From Promethearchaeota archaeon (GTDB taxonomy: Archaea > Asgardarchaeota > Lokiarchaeia > Sigyniarchaeales > SOKP01): 20,224 bases of DNA. Location: the NCBI GenBank assembly GCA_016926735.1, contig JAFGOA010000123.1, forward strand, positions 1-20,224, in the 5' to 3' direction. A model generated the notes under the pieces. It worked only from the letters and a program-made list of their open reading frames with translations, was not told the origin of the DNA and searched no databases. Below are positions 17,971 to 20,224 of this stretch, piece by piece. Each line of letters opens with the position of its first letter. Positions within the stretch are counted from its first letter, which is position 1. Both the position numbers and the translations under genes were made by a program.

Positions 17971-18618
17971 TTATTGAATATGTTCATAAATATCTATTTT
18001 TAAACTAATATCATCGAATTTTGAAAACAAAAGCTTCTGTATTTTAATAAATGATAAGTATGATATTGAATCTAAAGGGAGATACCCTTTTTTATTTAGT
18101 ATATATTCATTTTTCCCTTCAAGAAAATCCAAAAAAGGATAAGTATTTTCCAAATTTGAAGAAAAATTTGTTCTGATTTGAAAATCTCTTGGAGATATAT
18201 GAATTGATACAGAAACCTCTTCCAAAACACAATTAATATCTATAAAGGACTCATATATTCTCAAATTAAGTATTTTAAAATCTTTAAAAAAGAATTGAAT
18301 ATCATTTTCGGATATATCCGCTAATTTATTATCTATGTTATTATTTATTATTCTTCCCGAAATAACACTTCCAAAATCATATATTCTTGAAATTACAGGA
18401 TTTTTAAATTCTGTATCTTTTATAACAAATTTTCCTGAAACTTTTGAAAATATTACATTTGGTTTTTGTGATAAAATCTCTTCTATCTTGAGTTTAATTA
18501 TTTCATAATTTGAATATTCTTCTTTTTGTGTTCTAATATATTCAGAGATCATAGTATCTGCATATCCTATTTTATGATCTCCTAAATAATCCTCAACAAA
18601 TTCAATTAATTTTAACAT
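17971..18618 (-). CDS. Hypothetical protein, Argonaute-operon accessory
   Basis: 215-aa ORF overlapping the upstream phosphoesterase by 17 bp and ending 19 bp before ago. No recognisable family and no obvious TM segment. Confidence 0.75.
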   Translation of the reverse strand: MLKLIEFVEDYLGDHKIGYADTMISEYIRTQKEEYSNYEIIKLKIEEILSQKPNVIFSKVSGKFVIKDTEFKNPVISRIYDFGSVISGRIINNNIDNKLADISENDIQFFFKDFKILNLRIYESFIDINCVLEEVSVSIHISPRDFQIRTNFSSNLENTYPFLDFLEGKNEYILNKKGYLPLDSISYLSFIKIQKLLFSKFDDISLKIDIYEHIQ

Positions 18619-19834
18619 TTTCTTTACATTCTATAATGATATTAGAAGGTAATTGACCTTTTAATTTCCCGGTTTTATCTATAATTTTAATATCAATTTC
18701 TTTATTATTAATTGTTTTCTTTTTTAGATAAGATTTAATAAAATTTACTTTATAATTCTGATTTTCTCTTTCTTGGATGAATATTTTGAGTATTTTATTA
18801 TTTTTCTTAATAGCTATATAATCTGCATTCTTTGATAAGTCTTCAACGATTAATATTATTGATTCTTTTTTTAACTCATGGAATGTGGATTCAATATTTA
18901 AAGATAGACACCAATTTTCTAAATTCCAAGCAGAACACATTGATATATTTAGAGGATATTTTTCTTTTAATCTCCATTCACCAGTCTCTAAATCATGTAT
19001 GTATTGGGATATATTTAATAAATTTCTATCAGTATCAATATCATAGTAATTAAATTGATTTGGCTGCATTTCCAAATTTAAAGAATCCCATCGAATTTTA
19101 TTTGAACCATAAAGAGTACCTGTTGTTAGCCCTATGATACCCTCATAGTTATATTTAGAGAAAATATGAGAATCTCCAGCAAAGATAATCTTTATACCAT
19201 TTTCTTTTAATATTCTTATGGTATTGTGATGATTTTTCAATTTTTCTAAAGGATGATGAATAATAACCAATTTGTTTCTATATTTAAATTTCTTTTTATA
19301 TTTCTTTTTTAATTCATTAAAAAATTGATCTGTTAATTTATAGGGTAAAGTTGCTGGTTTTTTATAATCCTTTTCTTTATTAGTAAGAATATTATGACAA
19401 GAATTTAAGGAAATAAATAAATTATTTTCTTTTGCAAAATCAATATAAGCTGATTGATTTTGTCTAAAATTATTTGATAGGTTAATTCTAAATTTGTTTT
19501 TATTTTTTTCCATGAATTTAACATAATCAATAAATTGTGTCTTATTTTCTATATTCTCTTCCTTTAAATCATGATTTCCATTACAGATCAAAATTGGGAT
19601 TTTTTTATCAATAAAAGGTTGTAAAAAATCGAAGATTATGGGATTTTCTAAATTCATTGTATTTCCTTTTGAGACTAGATCTCCTGTAAAGATTAAGAGG
19701 TCAGGAATACTTAAATTTTCTAATATAAATTTCTTTGTTCTATAAAGAAAATCTTCTGAAATAGTAGGATATATAGTATCCTCATCAATAGAGCTTGTTC
19801 CAAAATGAAAATCAGATATATGTAATATTTTCAT
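18602..19834 (-). CDS. Calcineurin-like metallophosphoesterase with a ~110-aa C-terminal extension
   Basis: MKILHISDFHFG (DxH), FTGDLV (GD), NGNHD, IIHHP, and FAGDSH in place of GHxH. Confidence 0.88.
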   Translation of the reverse strand: MKILHISDFHFGTSSIDEDTIYPTISEDFLYRTKKFILENLSIPDLLIFTGDLVSKGNTMNLENPIIFDFLQPFIDKKIPILICNGNHDLKEENIENKTQFIDYVKFMEKNKNKFRINLSNNFRQNQSAYIDFAKENNLFISLNSCHNILTNKEKDYKKPATLPYKLTDQFFNELKKKYKKKFKYRNKLVIIHHPLEKLKNHHNTIRILKENGIKIIFAGDSHIFSKYNYEGIIGLTTGTLYGSNKIRWDSLNLEMQPNQFNYYDIDTDRNLLNISQYIHDLETGEWRLKEKYPLNISMCSAWNLENWCLSLNIESTFHELKKESIILIVEDLSKNADYIAIKKNNKILKIFIQERENQNYKVNFIKSYLKKKTINNKEIDIKIIDKTGKLKGQLPSNIIIECKENVKIN

Positions 19835-20052
19835 AAGACCTGAATTATTTTTATCTTGAATTTATCTTATTATTAATCCTTTATAAAGATTGTATGGATA
19901 ATCAATTTTTGATTTATATTCAAAAATATTTATTTTTATTTTTGACAAAATTTGTTTAGAGTCATATTTATTTAAATATAAGGAATTAATTGTAATATTA
20001 AAAGATAAAAATTGCAGTATTATTATTTTATAATACCAGGGAAAAAGAAAAA

Positions 20053-20224
20053 ATGATAGATGATAATATATCAGATAAAATATCTGAAATAGTTGAGGAT
20101 TATTTAAATCATGACGAAATCTTAAAAAGTCATAATGAAACGAATTTAAACAGGAAAGATATTGGTGAAAATAAGATAAAACCTTTGTTTATAGATTTTT
20201 TTAAAAATAAAATAGATATTGATA
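20053..20224 (+). CDS. Partial hypothetical protein, truncated by the window edge
   Basis: ATG at 20053, open to the end of the window (MIDDNISDKISEIVEDYLNHDEILKSH...), divergent from the phosphoesterase gene. Not in the ORF track. Confidence 0.55.
   Translation, partial: MIDDNISDKISEIVEDYLNHDEILKSHNETNLNRKDIGENKIKPLFIDFFKNKIDID

Noticed and set aside
18832-19053. 73-aa + strand ORF
   Set aside because: Antisense to the metallophosphoesterase, with no independent support.

Overview
A very AT-rich prokaryotic window that is mostly a defence island. It is probably archaeal and possibly Asgard/Lokiarchaeia, which is inferred only from the style of the CDC48 N-domain. From left to right it holds: (1) a protein made of two tandem CDC48/p97 N-domains with no ATPase; (2) an addiction-module antitoxin plus RelE/ParE toxin pair; (3) a tightly coupled DISARM-class-1-like operon (SNF2 helicase, N6-adenine MTase broken by one in-frame TAG, a DEAH-helicase/DUF1998/endonuclease fusion, and a small Mrr_N-like ORF); (4) on the opposite strand, a three-gene operon of a metallophosphoesterase, a 215-aa unknown protein and a divergent, catalytically dead long prokaryotic Argonaute with a Cys-rich PAZ insertion. 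Operon (4) is the best candidate for an undescribed system. Three copies of a structured ~55-70 bp intergenic repeat separate the first modules: two TTTTAATGGAAA boxes 21 bp apart, then a GTGAA..GGGG..TCAC hairpin. All family calls come from reading motifs by eye; no searches were run.
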